Below, piece after piece: positions 9,825 through 18,771 of a stretch of 35,994 bases of DNA. The position numbers and the translations under genes are program-made. Source of the stretch: Deltaproteobacteria bacterium (lineage in GTDB: Bacteria; Myxococcota; JACRCW01); assembly GCA_016218805.1 (NCBI GenBank), contig JACRCW010000062.1, positions 1-35,994 on the forward strand, read 5' to 3'. A model generated the notes under the pieces. The model worked only from the letters and a program-made list of their open reading frames with translations. It was not told the DNA's origin and ran no database searches. Every line of letters begins with the position of its first letter. Position 1 is the first letter of the stretch.

Positions 9825-10787
9825 ATGATGGACAGGAACCTGGCGCTGGAGATTGTACGCGTCACGGAAGCCGCGGCGCTGCGGTCCGGGCGCGCCATGG
9901 GCCGCGGGGACCGGCGGCACGCGGACCAGCTGGCGGTGGACGCCATGCGCAAGGCGTTTGACCAGATCAACATCCGCGGCACGGTGGTCATTGGCGCCGG
10001 GGAACGGCAGGACGCGCCCATGCTCTACATGGGCGAAAAGGTGGGCCGCGGCGGCCCGGATGACCCGGAGGTGGAGATCGCCGTGGATCCGCTGGAGGGG
10101 ACCAACCTGTGCGCGCTGGGGCTGCCCAACGCCATCAGCGTGGTGGCGCTGGCGGAGAAGGGCTGCTTTCTGTCCGCGCCGGACATCTACATGGAGAAGG
10201 TGGCGGTGGGCCCGCGCAGCAAGGGCGTCATTGACCTCACCAAGAGCCCCACGGAGAACCTGCGCGCCATTGCGGATGCCAAGGGCGTGTACGTGGAGGA
10301 CCTCACGGCCATGATCCTGGACCGGGAGCGGCACGCGGCCATCATTGAGGACGTCCGGCGGGCGGGCGCGCGCATCAAGCTCATCCGTGACGGTGACATC
10401 GCCGCGGCGCTGGCCACGTGCAAGGAGGACAGCGGGGTGGATGTGCTGTTTGGAACCGGCGGGGCGCCGGAGGGCGTCATTGCCGCGGCCGCGCTGCGCT
10501 GCGTGGGCGGGGACTTCCAGGGCCGGCTGCTCCCGCGCAATGAAGAAGAGCGCGAGCGCTGCCAGAAGATGGGCATTGCGGACATGGAGCGCATCTACAA
10601 GATTGACGAGCTGGCCGCGGGGGATGTGCTGTTTGGGGCCACGGGCGTGACGTCCGGGGACTTCTTCAAGGGGGTCCGCTACACCAAGGGTGGGGCGGTC
10701 ACCCACAGCGTGGTGATGCGCAGCGAGTCCGGGACCATCCGCTGGGTGGAGACGGAGCACCACCTGGACCGGCAGAGGCCGCATTGA
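9825..10787 (+). CDS. glpX: Class II fructose-1,6-bisphosphatase GlpX (variant GEGE motif)
   Basis: MDRNLALEIVRVTEAAA, DPLEGT, APDIYMEK, DGDI and GGAPEGV motifs; GGAGG at 9815-9819. Confidence 0.93.
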   Translation: MMDRNLALEIVRVTEAAALRSGRAMGRGDRRHADQLAVDAMRKAFDQINIRGTVVIGAGERQDAPMLYMGEKVGRGGPDDPEVEIAVDPLEGTNLCALGLPNAISVVALAEKGCFLSAPDIYMEKVAVGPRSKGVIDLTKSPTENLRAIADAKGVYVEDLTAMILDRERHAAIIEDVRRAGARIKLIRDGDIAAALATCKEDSGVDVLFGTGGAPEGVIAAAALRCVGGDFQGRLLPRNEEERERCQKMGIADMERIYKIDELAAGDVLFGATGVTSGDFFKGVRYTKGGAVTHSVVMRSESGTIRWVETEHHLDRQRPH

Positions 10788-10892
10788 AGGGGCGGGGCGG
10801 CCGGGAACGTGACGAGGTGACCCGTTGCTGCTAATCGCACGGGTGCACGTGGAGCGCCCCCGGGGGGGCGTGTCCGACGGTGACAAAGGACC

Positions 10893-12146
10893 ATGAGAAC
10901 GTTTGATCCGCGCTTGGTGCGCATGGCGCAGGTGGTCTGGGGGCTGGCCCTGGCGGTGCCGGCCTACGCGCAGGGCGTGCCCGCCCCGGGGCCGCGGACC
11001 GCGCTGTGGCCGCTCAAGGCGGACGGCGTGTCTGACGACACGGCCTACCAGGTGGGCGGGACGCTTCGGAAGGAGATGGACGCGCTGCTGCCGGGGCGGA
11101 CGGCCACGCAGGACGAGGTGGAAGCCGCCCGCGCCCGGCCGGATGCGCAGCCGGTCCTGGGCTGCCTGGAGGAGGTCCGCTGCACGGTGGCGCTGGCCAA
11201 GGCCGCGGGCGTGCCGCAGCTGCTGGCGGGGGTGGTGCGCAACCAGGGTGACCAGCGGGCGGTGGAGCTGTGGCTGGTGGACGCGGTGGCCGGGCGCGAG
11301 CTGGGGCGCGCCACGGCGGTACTGCCCGCCAAGCCCGGGCCGGAGACCGCCAGCGCGCTGCGCGAGCTGTGCGCGCGCCTGCTGGCCCCCGAACTGCACG
11401 TGGGCACGCTGGTGCTCAATGGGCTGGACACCACCACGGACGTGCTGGTGGACGGGGACAAGCGCGTGGACAAGAGCACCGCGCAGCCGTCCGTGCGGCT
11501 GCCCCTGCGGGTGGGCAAGCACGCGGTGGACATCCAGCGGTTTGGCAAGCCCGTGATGACCGAGATGGTGGACATCCGGTTTGAGGAGAGTGTGGTGCTG
11601 ATGACGCCGCCGCCGGGCGTGGTGGCGGAGGTGGGCCCGGCCGCCCGCGGGGGCACGGCGTTCACGGCGGTGACGGCCGGGGGCCGCCGCGCGGACGCCG
11701 CGGAGACAGTGCCCGCCTCCCGCGGGATCCGCCTGCCGGGGTGGGTGGGGCCGGTGGTGGCGGCCGCGGCGGTGGTGCCTGCGCTGCTTGGCGCCTTGTT
11801 CCTGGTGGACCTGCTGTTCCTGGGGCCGCTGGTGCTGGCGGACCCGGCGCAGTGCCAGCCGTACTTTGTGGAGGGCAGCGGCGGTGGCCAGCAGTTCAAC
11901 AAGGACGCCAACCCGCTGAACACGTGCGGGTCGCTGTGGCGGGCCACGTCGCGCAAGGAGGTGGGCATCCGGCCGGTGGTGGCCCTGGATGCGGGTGGCG
12001 CGCTGTTCAGCGCGGGCCTGGTGCTGGCGTTGGTGGTGGCCGGCGCGCTGCTGCTGGCCGGCTCATTGGTGCAGCCCATGCTGGAGGGCCCCGGCCTGGA
12101 GAAGGGCCATGAAGTCCGGGTGCAGGACGACAGGCAGGGCCCATGA
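10893..12146 (+). CDS. Exported/membrane protein with PEGA-like domain and two C-terminal hydrophobic segments
   Basis: Signal peptide (AYA-Q), CLEEVRC N-domain typical of myxobacterial PEGA proteins, VLVDG...GKHAVDI PEGA-like segment, hydrophobic C-terminus. Confidence 0.6.
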   Translation: MRTFDPRLVRMAQVVWGLALAVPAYAQGVPAPGPRTALWPLKADGVSDDTAYQVGGTLRKEMDALLPGRTATQDEVEAARARPDAQPVLGCLEEVRCTVALAKAAGVPQLLAGVVRNQGDQRAVELWLVDAVAGRELGRATAVLPAKPGPETASALRELCARLLAPELHVGTLVLNGLDTTTDVLVDGDKRVDKSTAQPSVRLPLRVGKHAVDIQRFGKPVMTEMVDIRFEESVVLMTPPPGVVAEVGPAARGGTAFTAVTAGGRRADAAETVPASRGIRLPGWVGPVVAAAAVVPALLGALFLVDLLFLGPLVLADPAQCQPYFVEGSGGGQQFNKDANPLNTCGSLWRATSRKEVGIRPVVALDAGGALFSAGLVLALVVAGALLLAGSLVQPMLEGPGLEKGHEVRVQDDRQGP

Positions 12147-12727
12147 AGGTCTACACGCGCACGGGGGACGCGGGGGAGACCGGCCTGTTTGGCGGACCCC
12201 GCGTGCAGAAGGACCACGTGCGCGTGGCTGCCTACGGCGCCCTGGATGAAGCCAACTGCCAGGTGGGCGTGGCCCTGGCCCAGTGCGACGACCCGGAGCT
12301 GGGCGCGCTGCTGCGGCCCATCCAGTCCGAGTTGTTTGATGTGGGCGCCGTGCTGGCCACGCCGCCGGAGGGGGCCGCCCGGCTGGGGCACCGCCTGGAG
12401 GCGCCGGTCACCGCGGAGCGCATTGCCGAGCTGGAGACCGTGATGGACCGGCTGGACGGCGAACTGACTCCGCTCAAGGCGTTTGTGCTGCCGGGCGGGA
12501 CGGCGTTGGCCGCGCAGCTGCACGTCTGCCGCACCGCTGTGCGCCGCGCGGAGCGGAGGGTCATCACGCTGCACCACCAGGCCCCCGTGGGCGCTGAGGT
12601 GCTGGCGTACGTGAACCGCCTGTCGGATCTCTTCTTCGTTCTGGCGCGGGTGGCCAACGCGCGCGCCGGTGTGCCGGAGCCGCTGTGGCAACCCAGGCGC
12701 CCCCCGTCCCCGCCGCCGGCGGCGTGA
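12143..12727 (+). CDS. pduO: ATP:cob(I)alamin adenosyltransferase, PduO type
   Basis: KVYTRTGDAGETGL, YGALDEAN, HVCRTAVRRAER and YVNRLSDLFFVLAR; ATGA overlap with the upstream gene. Confidence 0.93.
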   Translation: MKVYTRTGDAGETGLFGGPRVQKDHVRVAAYGALDEANCQVGVALAQCDDPELGALLRPIQSELFDVGAVLATPPEGAARLGHRLEAPVTAERIAELETVMDRLDGELTPLKAFVLPGGTALAAQLHVCRTAVRRAERRVITLHHQAPVGAEVLAYVNRLSDLFFVLARVANARAGVPEPLWQPRRPPSPPPAA

Positions 12728-14562
12728 CGCCGTGGCCGCCCTCACCGGGGCGGCCCATTGAGCGCTACCGCACCCGCGTGCTGGTGTTCCTGCTGTCCCT
12801 GGCGCTGCAGGGGCTCACCTTTGGCAACCGTTGGGGCGCCCCGGATGAACGCGAACGCGTGGAAGCCGCCGAGTCGCTGCTGGACCGCGGCACGCTGCGC
12901 CTCCCGTCGGGGAAACACACCTTCTACCCGCCGCTGACCTCCCTCCTGCTCACGCCGGGGATCCTGGCGCGGCGGATCCTGCCGGGCCATGACGAGGGCT
13001 GGCGCATGGTGCCCTCACTGGTGGCCAGCGCGGCGTGCGCGGTGCCCTACCAGTGGGCGCTGTCCAGCCTGGGGGTGCCGCTGGGGACCAGCGTGGCGGC
13101 CTCCGCGCTGTTTGCGCTGGTCAACCCGGTGTGGCCGTACAGCAAGCGGTTGTATTCGGAGCCGTTCACGGCGGTGTTTGTGCTGTGGGCGTTGGCGGCG
13201 GCGCTGTCCTGGCGGGCGCACCGGCGGCGCACCAGCCTGGTGGCGGCCTACGCGGGCGTGGCGCTGGCGGCGGGCAACACGGCGGTGGCGCTGGTGCTGC
13301 TGCCGGTGATCTGGGGGATGACGTCGCTGCTGGGGAGCCTGCCGCGCCCGCAGCCGGACCGGCGCGCGGCGGTGGAGGGCGCCGCGCTGGGCGCCGCGGT
13401 GCTGCTGGCGTGGATGGGGGTGAACTATGTGAAGTTCGGGAGCCCGCTGGAGAGCGGCTACCACTACACAACGACACCCAACGACGTGTTTGACGGCACC
13501 CCGGGGTTCTCCACGCCGCTGTGGGTGGGGAGCTGGGGCCTGCTGTTCTCTGCCGGCCGCGGGATGATCCTGTACGCGCCGCTGGCGCTGGTGGGCGTGT
13601 GGGCGCTGCGGGTGGTGCGGCACCGCTTCAACGGCGCGGCGGCGTGGCTGTTCCTGGCGGGGCTGCTGCCGTTCCTGGTGTACGCCAAGTGGTGGAGCTG
13701 GCATGGCGGGACCTGTTACGGGCCGCGCCTGCTGACGCCGTTCCTGGGGGCGTGGCTCATTGGCCTGGGGCCCTGGCTGGCCGAACTGCGCGCGGGCACC
13801 GTGCGCGGCGCGCTGACGCGCGCGGCCACCGCGCTGGCGGCGGGGCTGCACGTGGTGGCGTCATTCACGGGGACGCTGTTCATGTTTTCTTATGACCAGC
13901 AGTTCTGGATCCGCGAGCGCCCCTTCAACGACTACCTGGACGTGTACACCCCGCAATTCTCCGCGCTGACGCGGTCCTGGGAGAACGCGCGCCAGTTCCC
14001 GGAGGACATCAACTGGCTGTGGCTGCGCGCGGGCCCGCGCCCTGCCCTGCGCCTGGCGGTGGACCCGGCCACGCGCGTGGTCCACGTGGAGCTCACCACC
14101 CAGGCGCTGCGTGACACCTGGGAGATTGCGGAGGTCACCGGCGTCCGCGCGGACGGCTCCACCGTCACACCCGCCACCGTCACCGCGCGCGAAGGCCGCA
14201 CGCCCGAGGCGGCGGCGGACGGCAACCCCGCGACGACGTGGGCTGGCGGGACGCAGCGGCCGGGCCAGTACGTGCGGGTGGCGTTTGGGCCGGAGGCGGG
14301 GGAACTGCGTGAGGTGGTCTTTGAACACGGCCGCCAGGGCACCGCCTATCCACGCCGGGCGCGGTTCCGCACGGGTGCCGCTGACGGCGCGCTGGGCCCG
14401 CCGCGCGAGGTGGAGATGCCCTGGCCGGACCTGGCGCTGCGCTGGCCGGGTTGGCTGTGCCTGGTGCTGGCGGTCATCTGCCTGCGCGGCGCGTGGCGCT
14501 GGTGGATGCGCATGGACAGCCCGCCGCCGCCGCCACCGGACCCTGTGCCGGTGGCTGGTTAG
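12724..14562 (+). CDS. Polytopic membrane protein, GT-C (ArnT/PMT-like) glycosyltransferase-like, with C-terminal discoidin/F5-8-like domain
   Basis: GTGA overlap with pduO. PDE motif after TM1, WPYSKRLYSEP, WHGGxCYGPRLL and many TM segments. AADGNPATTWAGG-QRPGQYVRVAF resembles a discoidin domain. Confidence 0.6.
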   Translation: MTPWPPSPGRPIERYRTRVLVFLLSLALQGLTFGNRWGAPDERERVEAAESLLDRGTLRLPSGKHTFYPPLTSLLLTPGILARRILPGHDEGWRMVPSLVASAACAVPYQWALSSLGVPLGTSVAASALFALVNPVWPYSKRLYSEPFTAVFVLWALAAALSWRAHRRRTSLVAAYAGVALAAGNTAVALVLLPVIWGMTSLLGSLPRPQPDRRAAVEGAALGAAVLLAWMGVNYVKFGSPLESGYHYTTTPNDVFDGTPGFSTPLWVGSWGLLFSAGRGMILYAPLALVGVWALRVVRHRFNGAAAWLFLAGLLPFLVYAKWWSWHGGTCYGPRLLTPFLGAWLIGLGPWLAELRAGTVRGALTRAATALAAGLHVVASFTGTLFMFSYDQQFWIRERPFNDYLDVYTPQFSALTRSWENARQFPEDINWLWLRAGPRPALRLAVDPATRVVHVELTTQALRDTWEIAEVTGVRADGSTVTPATVTAREGRTPEAAADGNPATTWAGGTQRPGQYVRVAFGPEAGELREVVFEHGRQGTAYPRRARFRTGAADGALGPPREVEMPWPDLALRWPGWLCLVLAVICLRGAWRWWMRMDSPPPPPPDPVPVAG

Positions 14563-14615
14563 CGGCGGGAAATGAACAATGAACAGACTGGACAGCGGCG
14601 GCCATCCGGAGCGCA

Positions 14616-14642
14616 TTGCGGCGGCCGCGGGTGCCGCCGCAA
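14616..14642. terminator. Perfect 10-bp hairpin between convergent genes
   Basis: TTGCGGCGGC-CGCGGGT-GCCGCCGCAA. Confidence 0.45.
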
Positions 14643-14744
14643 CCAAGCGCCTACCGTCGACAGAACCGCCCAGCCGCACAGGATGAGAGGCCACCGCGCA
14701 CCATCTTGGCGGATATCGCCAGTCTATTTGAAACCAGCCCCCTG

Positions 14745-15992
14745 TTAGCGGCTGTACTCCACCAACAGGCGCGGCCCCTGTTCCGGGTTGGCCGCGTCGT
14801 CATGTGCACGGAAGCCAGCGGTGGCGGTACGCCCGTAGGACACTCCCTCAGTGCCCTGCAGGACCCAGCCCAGGTTGGCGGTGGCGCCGTCCAGGAACGC
14901 CTGCACATCCGCCGTCACGTCCCAGTAGACCCAGGTGCCCGCCAGGGACGGGTCAATGTCGGCGGTGGCGGAGGGCGTGCCCACGCGGTCCGTGTCATCC
15001 AGGCTGGCGCCCGGTCCGCCCCACGCGGTGGGGCTCACGGCGTCCACCCAGCTGCTCTCTCCGCTGCTGGCCGGGGCGCATGCGGTCTGGCTGCCTTCGC
15101 CCCAGGGCTGGAGCAGGCGGTGCAGCGCGTAGCTGACGGGCGCGGGGTCCTGGGTGCAGTTGCTGTTGACCGTGGACGAATGGCAGGCGGACACCACGTA
15201 CAACCCCAGCCGCGCACGGTCCACGACGGCGTCACGCGGGATGGACGAAGTGTCAACGCGGACCAGCGCTCGCATCAGCGTCCAGTCATGCCAGTTGGCA
15301 ATGCCCACGGAGAAGCCGCCCGTGGCACCGCAGTTGTTGAGCGACTTGGAGGGCACCGTGTCATAGGCCGGGTTGCCCTTGTAGATCTGGGTGTCCGCCA
15401 CCACGCCGGCACCTTCCAGCACCACGGCCAGGCCCAGCAACGGCCCGGAAGAAGAGGGGGCCCCGGCGCTGGACGATGGCGCCCCGCCCGCGGAGGGTGA
15501 CGACGTCCCACCGGCCGACGACGGCGCGGACGAAGACCCGGAAGCGAGCGAGCTGGGCGCCGCGGACGACGAGCCGGAATCCACAACGGAGGTGGCGCCT
15601 GCCGCGGATGCACCCGAGGACCGCGGCGCGCTGGAGGAACCCGGTGCGGCGGACGACGACGGCGACGATGACGCGGCGCTGCTGGCAGGTGACACGTCCG
15701 ACGTGGCAGGCGCGGCGGAGGAGGACCGGGCGCGGTCCGACGACGCGGACCCGACGGACGCCGTGCCGCCCGAACTGCTGGAGGTGCCGCCGGGCGGTGC
15801 ACCCGGCGCGCAGGCGCCCGCTTCGCAGTGCTGGTCGCCCGCGCAATCCCGGTCCGCGTTGCACGGGTGGACGCATTGGCCGCCCTGCAGCACGTCGTCT
15901 TCGGCGCAGCGGACGCAGCCCTGCGCCCACCCGAGCAACACCACGCCCGCGGCCAGGGCCTGCGCCCGGCGACACTGCTGGCGAACGGTCAT
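14745..15992 (-). CDS. Secreted/lipoprotein with Cys-rich N-module, Ser-rich linker and DNRLRE (CBM96-like) domain
   Basis: Signal ending AQGC; CNADRDCAGDQHCEAGAC module; about 100-aa Ser/Ala/Gly linker; ADTQI...RALVRVDTSSIP...WDVTADVQ...PRLLVEY. Confidence 0.75.
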   Translation of the reverse strand: MTVRQQCRRAQALAAGVVLLGWAQGCVRCAEDDVLQGGQCVHPCNADRDCAGDQHCEAGACAPGAPPGGTSSSSGGTASVGSASSDRARSSSAAPATSDVSPASSAASSSPSSSAAPGSSSAPRSSGASAAGATSVVDSGSSSAAPSSLASGSSSAPSSAGGTSSPSAGGAPSSSAGAPSSSGPLLGLAVVLEGAGVVADTQIYKGNPAYDTVPSKSLNNCGATGGFSVGIANWHDWTLMRALVRVDTSSIPRDAVVDRARLGLYVVSACHSSTVNSNCTQDPAPVSYALHRLLQPWGEGSQTACAPASSGESSWVDAVSPTAWGGPGASLDDTDRVGTPSATADIDPSLAGTWVYWDVTADVQAFLDGATANLGWVLQGTEGVSYGRTATAGFRAHDDAANPEQGPRLLVEYSR

Positions 15993-16035
15993 GGCGTCAG
16001 CGTACGGGTTCCAATCCCGCCCCGCCACTGCGCGG

Positions 16036-18591
16036 TCACAGCGCGCCCAGCGCGCGCACCAGGCCGCTCACCTGGTCTACGGCAATCAGCTCGCCGGAGG
16101 GGAGGAAGAATGCGTCCCACGGCATGCGGATGTTGCTGGTGGCCAGGTCACCGTCCACGGAACCCCAGTTGCCGTTGCCCAACACGGTGGACACCGCCAG
16201 GCTGGTGGTGTCCACCGCGCGCACGCGGGACACAAACGGGTCCGCAAAGGCCACCCACCGCCCGTCCGGGGAGACGGACACGGAGCTGGGGTTGGAGAGG
16301 CTGGCCAGCGCCACCGGGCCGTCCACCAGTGCGCCGGTGACAAACGTGCACTGGCTGGGGCCGCCCGCCAGCGTGGTGACGGCGCGGGACGGCGCGGGGG
16401 CAATGCGGCGGATGGCGCAGTTGCCGTGGTCCGCCACGTACAGCGTGCCGTCCGCGGCGGCGGCCACGTCCACCGGGTAGGCAAACAGCGCGGTGCGCGG
16501 GTCCGCGGAGTCAGACCAGCCGCGGTCCGAACCACCCGCCAGCGACGTCACCTGACCCAGGACCAGGTCAATGCGGCGGATGGCGTTGGCATTGGCGTCC
16601 GCCACCAGCAGCGCGCCGTCCAGGTCCAGCGCCATGCCGTGCAGTTCCTTGAAGCGCGCGGTGGCCACCGGGCCGTCCGTGTAACCGTACCCATCTGGCA
16701 CACCCGCCACGACGTCAACCGCCCCCGTGGCCAGCGTCAGCTTCAGGATTGCGCGCGCGCCCTCCGCCGCCACAAAGACGGCGCCAGGGTGGTCCGGGTG
16801 CACCACCAGGCCCGCGGGCCGGTCCAGGCTGCGCAGCGGGACACCGGCGGTGGTGCAGCGGCCGTCACCCCCCACGCTGGTGGTCACCGCGCCCTGCCCC
16901 GGCACCAGGTCCACCCGGCGGATCCGGCAGGCGCGCTGGTCCGCCAACAGGAACGCCGTGCCGGACAGCGCGGTGCCGCTGTCCGTATAGCCAAATGACG
17001 CCGTCAACGGGCCGCCGTCATCCACCAGGATTTCGCCCGTGCCGGCCAGCACGGCGGCCAGCGAGGGCGCGGCGGGACGCACCACGGAAACCCGCGCATT
17101 GAAATTCTCCGCAATGTAGAGGTCATCCCCGGCAACGGCGAGACCGACGGGTTCATAGAGGTTGGTGAGGGGATGCGTGACGACGCCACTGTTCGGCCCC
17201 GCGGGTGTCACCTGGGGCGTGGTGATGAGCCGGACCATGCGGTTGTAGCGGTCACCCACGTACACGGCGCCATCCGCCCGCACGGCCACGGCGGAGGGGA
17301 AGTCAAACATGGCCGCCGCCGCCGGGCCGTCCGCAAACCCCTCCTGCAGGATGCCCCCGCCCGCCACCGTCCACACCGCGCCGGCCAACGGGTCCAGCGC
17401 GCGCACCTTCTGATTGACGGTGTCCGCAATGAAAAGGATCCCGTTTGCCGCGTCCCAGGCCAGGCCACGGGGCGTGTCAAACCGCGCGCTGTCCCCGGCC
17501 CCGTCCACGTCACCCGCCTGCCGCACGCCACCCGCCAGCGTCTCCACGCTGGGCGGCGCACCGGGGTTGATGCGCCGGATGACCTGGTTCTCCGTATCCG
17601 CCACGTAGACGCAGCCGGGCGCGGCGCACGCAGGGTCCACCGCCACGGCGTTGGGGCCGGAGAAACGGGCCAGCGGCGCGGTGCCATCCTGGTGCCCGTA
17701 GAAGCCGCTGCCCGCGTAGATGGACGCGGTACCGCCCACCACGCGCCAGATCTGTGACGTGCTGAAATCAACAACAATGAGCGACCCGTCATTGCCCACC
17801 GCCACGCCGCGCGGCTGCACCAGTGAGGCCCTCAGGGGCAGACCGGGGTCTGACCCGTACAGACCGGTGCCCAGCACCGTGGTCACCTCGCCGGACGCCA
17901 GCTCCACGCGCCGCACCTTCCGCGCCAATGCGTCCGCCACGTACAACGCACCGCTGCCGGGATCCGCGGCCACATGTACCGGCCCGCCAAAGGTGGCCGT
18001 GGCGCCCGGCCCATCCCGCACCACGGTCCACCGCGTGCTGCCCGCCCAGGTGCTCACGCAGCGCAGCACGCCGTTGTCAATCTTGCCGTCGCAGTCCTCG
18101 TCATAGCCGTTGCAGGACTCCATGCCAGGCACGCACAAGGCCCCGGACGACGACGACGGGCCCGCGGACGACGCGGTCCCCAGCGATGAGGGCGTCCCCA
18201 GTGATGACGCCGGACCGGCCGAGGATCCCACCACCAGCGACGACGAGACCACCGCAACGGACGTGGCGGGCGCTGCGCTGGTTGCCGCACGGCTGCTGCC
18301 GGCCGCCGCGGAACTCCCCGCCGACGACGAGGACTGACCCGAGACGGCCCCCGACGACGAAATGGGCCGCGAGGAGCCGGGGAACGAGGACGCCGCGCTG
18401 GCCGGGGAAGTCCCGCCCCCACCGCTGGATGACGACGAGGACGACCGCGTTCCTGCGACACACCGTCCCTCGTCACAGACGCGTTCGGTGGCACAATCCG
18501 CATGGCTGCGGCACCTGGACGGCGGCAGGCAGGCCAGCGCGCTGTACGCCACCCACGCACCGGCCAGCACCCCACGCGCACGCCCACGCAT
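16036..18591 (-). CDS. Large NHL-repeat (beta-propeller) surface lipoprotein with Cys-rich modules and Ser-rich linker
   Basis: Lipobox-like ALAC, CRSHADCATERVCDEGRC, Ser linker, ESCNGYDEDCDGKIDNG motif, and repeated DG...ARFxxPxxVAV...LYVADxxNxxIRRI units. Confidence 0.8.
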   Translation of the reverse strand: MRGRARGVLAGAWVAYSALACLPPSRCRSHADCATERVCDEGRCVAGTRSSSSSSSGGGGTSPASAASSFPGSSRPISSSGAVSGQSSSSAGSSAAAGSSRAATSAAPATSVAVVSSSLVVGSSAGPASSLGTPSSLGTASSAGPSSSSGALCVPGMESCNGYDEDCDGKIDNGVLRCVSTWAGSTRWTVVRDGPGATATFGGPVHVAADPGSGALYVADALARKVRRVELASGEVTTVLGTGLYGSDPGLPLRASLVQPRGVAVGNDGSLIVVDFSTSQIWRVVGGTASIYAGSGFYGHQDGTAPLARFSGPNAVAVDPACAAPGCVYVADTENQVIRRINPGAPPSVETLAGGVRQAGDVDGAGDSARFDTPRGLAWDAANGILFIADTVNQKVRALDPLAGAVWTVAGGGILQEGFADGPAAAAMFDFPSAVAVRADGAVYVGDRYNRMVRLITTPQVTPAGPNSGVVTHPLTNLYEPVGLAVAGDDLYIAENFNARVSVVRPAAPSLAAVLAGTGEILVDDGGPLTASFGYTDSGTALSGTAFLLADQRACRIRRVDLVPGQGAVTTSVGGDGRCTTAGVPLRSLDRPAGLVVHPDHPGAVFVAAEGARAILKLTLATGAVDVVAGVPDGYGYTDGPVATARFKELHGMALDLDGALLVADANANAIRRIDLVLGQVTSLAGGSDRGWSDSADPRTALFAYPVDVAAAADGTLYVADHGNCAIRRIAPAPSRAVTTLAGGPSQCTFVTGALVDGPVALASLSNPSSVSVSPDGRWVAFADPFVSRVRAVDTTSLAVSTVLGNGNWGSVDGDLATSNIRMPWDAFFLPSGELIAVDQVSGLVRALGAL

Positions 18592-18698
18592 GGGCGTGGA
18601 CGCTACCATCCCGCTGACGGGCACGTCCGCCCGCCGCCCAAGCCGCTGGAATCATGTTTGTTTTTGAGCGCTTTGCGTTGTGGCAATTTGCCTCGCAA

Positions 18699-18734
18699 TC
18701 AACCGGTTGACAGCGCTCCCGCGGTGCGTATTTT
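18699..18734 (+). promoter_or_regulatory. Candidate sigma70 promoter of the ABC operon overlapped by a palindrome
   Basis: TTGACA (18707-18712), 16-nt spacer, TATTTT (18729-18734). The perfect palindrome TCAACCGGTTGA (18699-18710) overlaps the -35. Confidence 0.5.
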
Positions 18735-18771
18735 CCCGCGCCTTTCAACAACCCAGAACGGGAGTGCGCGC

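Noticed and set aside
14563..14744. Cobalamin riboswitch or sRNA near pduO
   Set aside because: The region lies between convergent 3' ends, shows no B12-box, and its hairpins are adequately explained as terminators.
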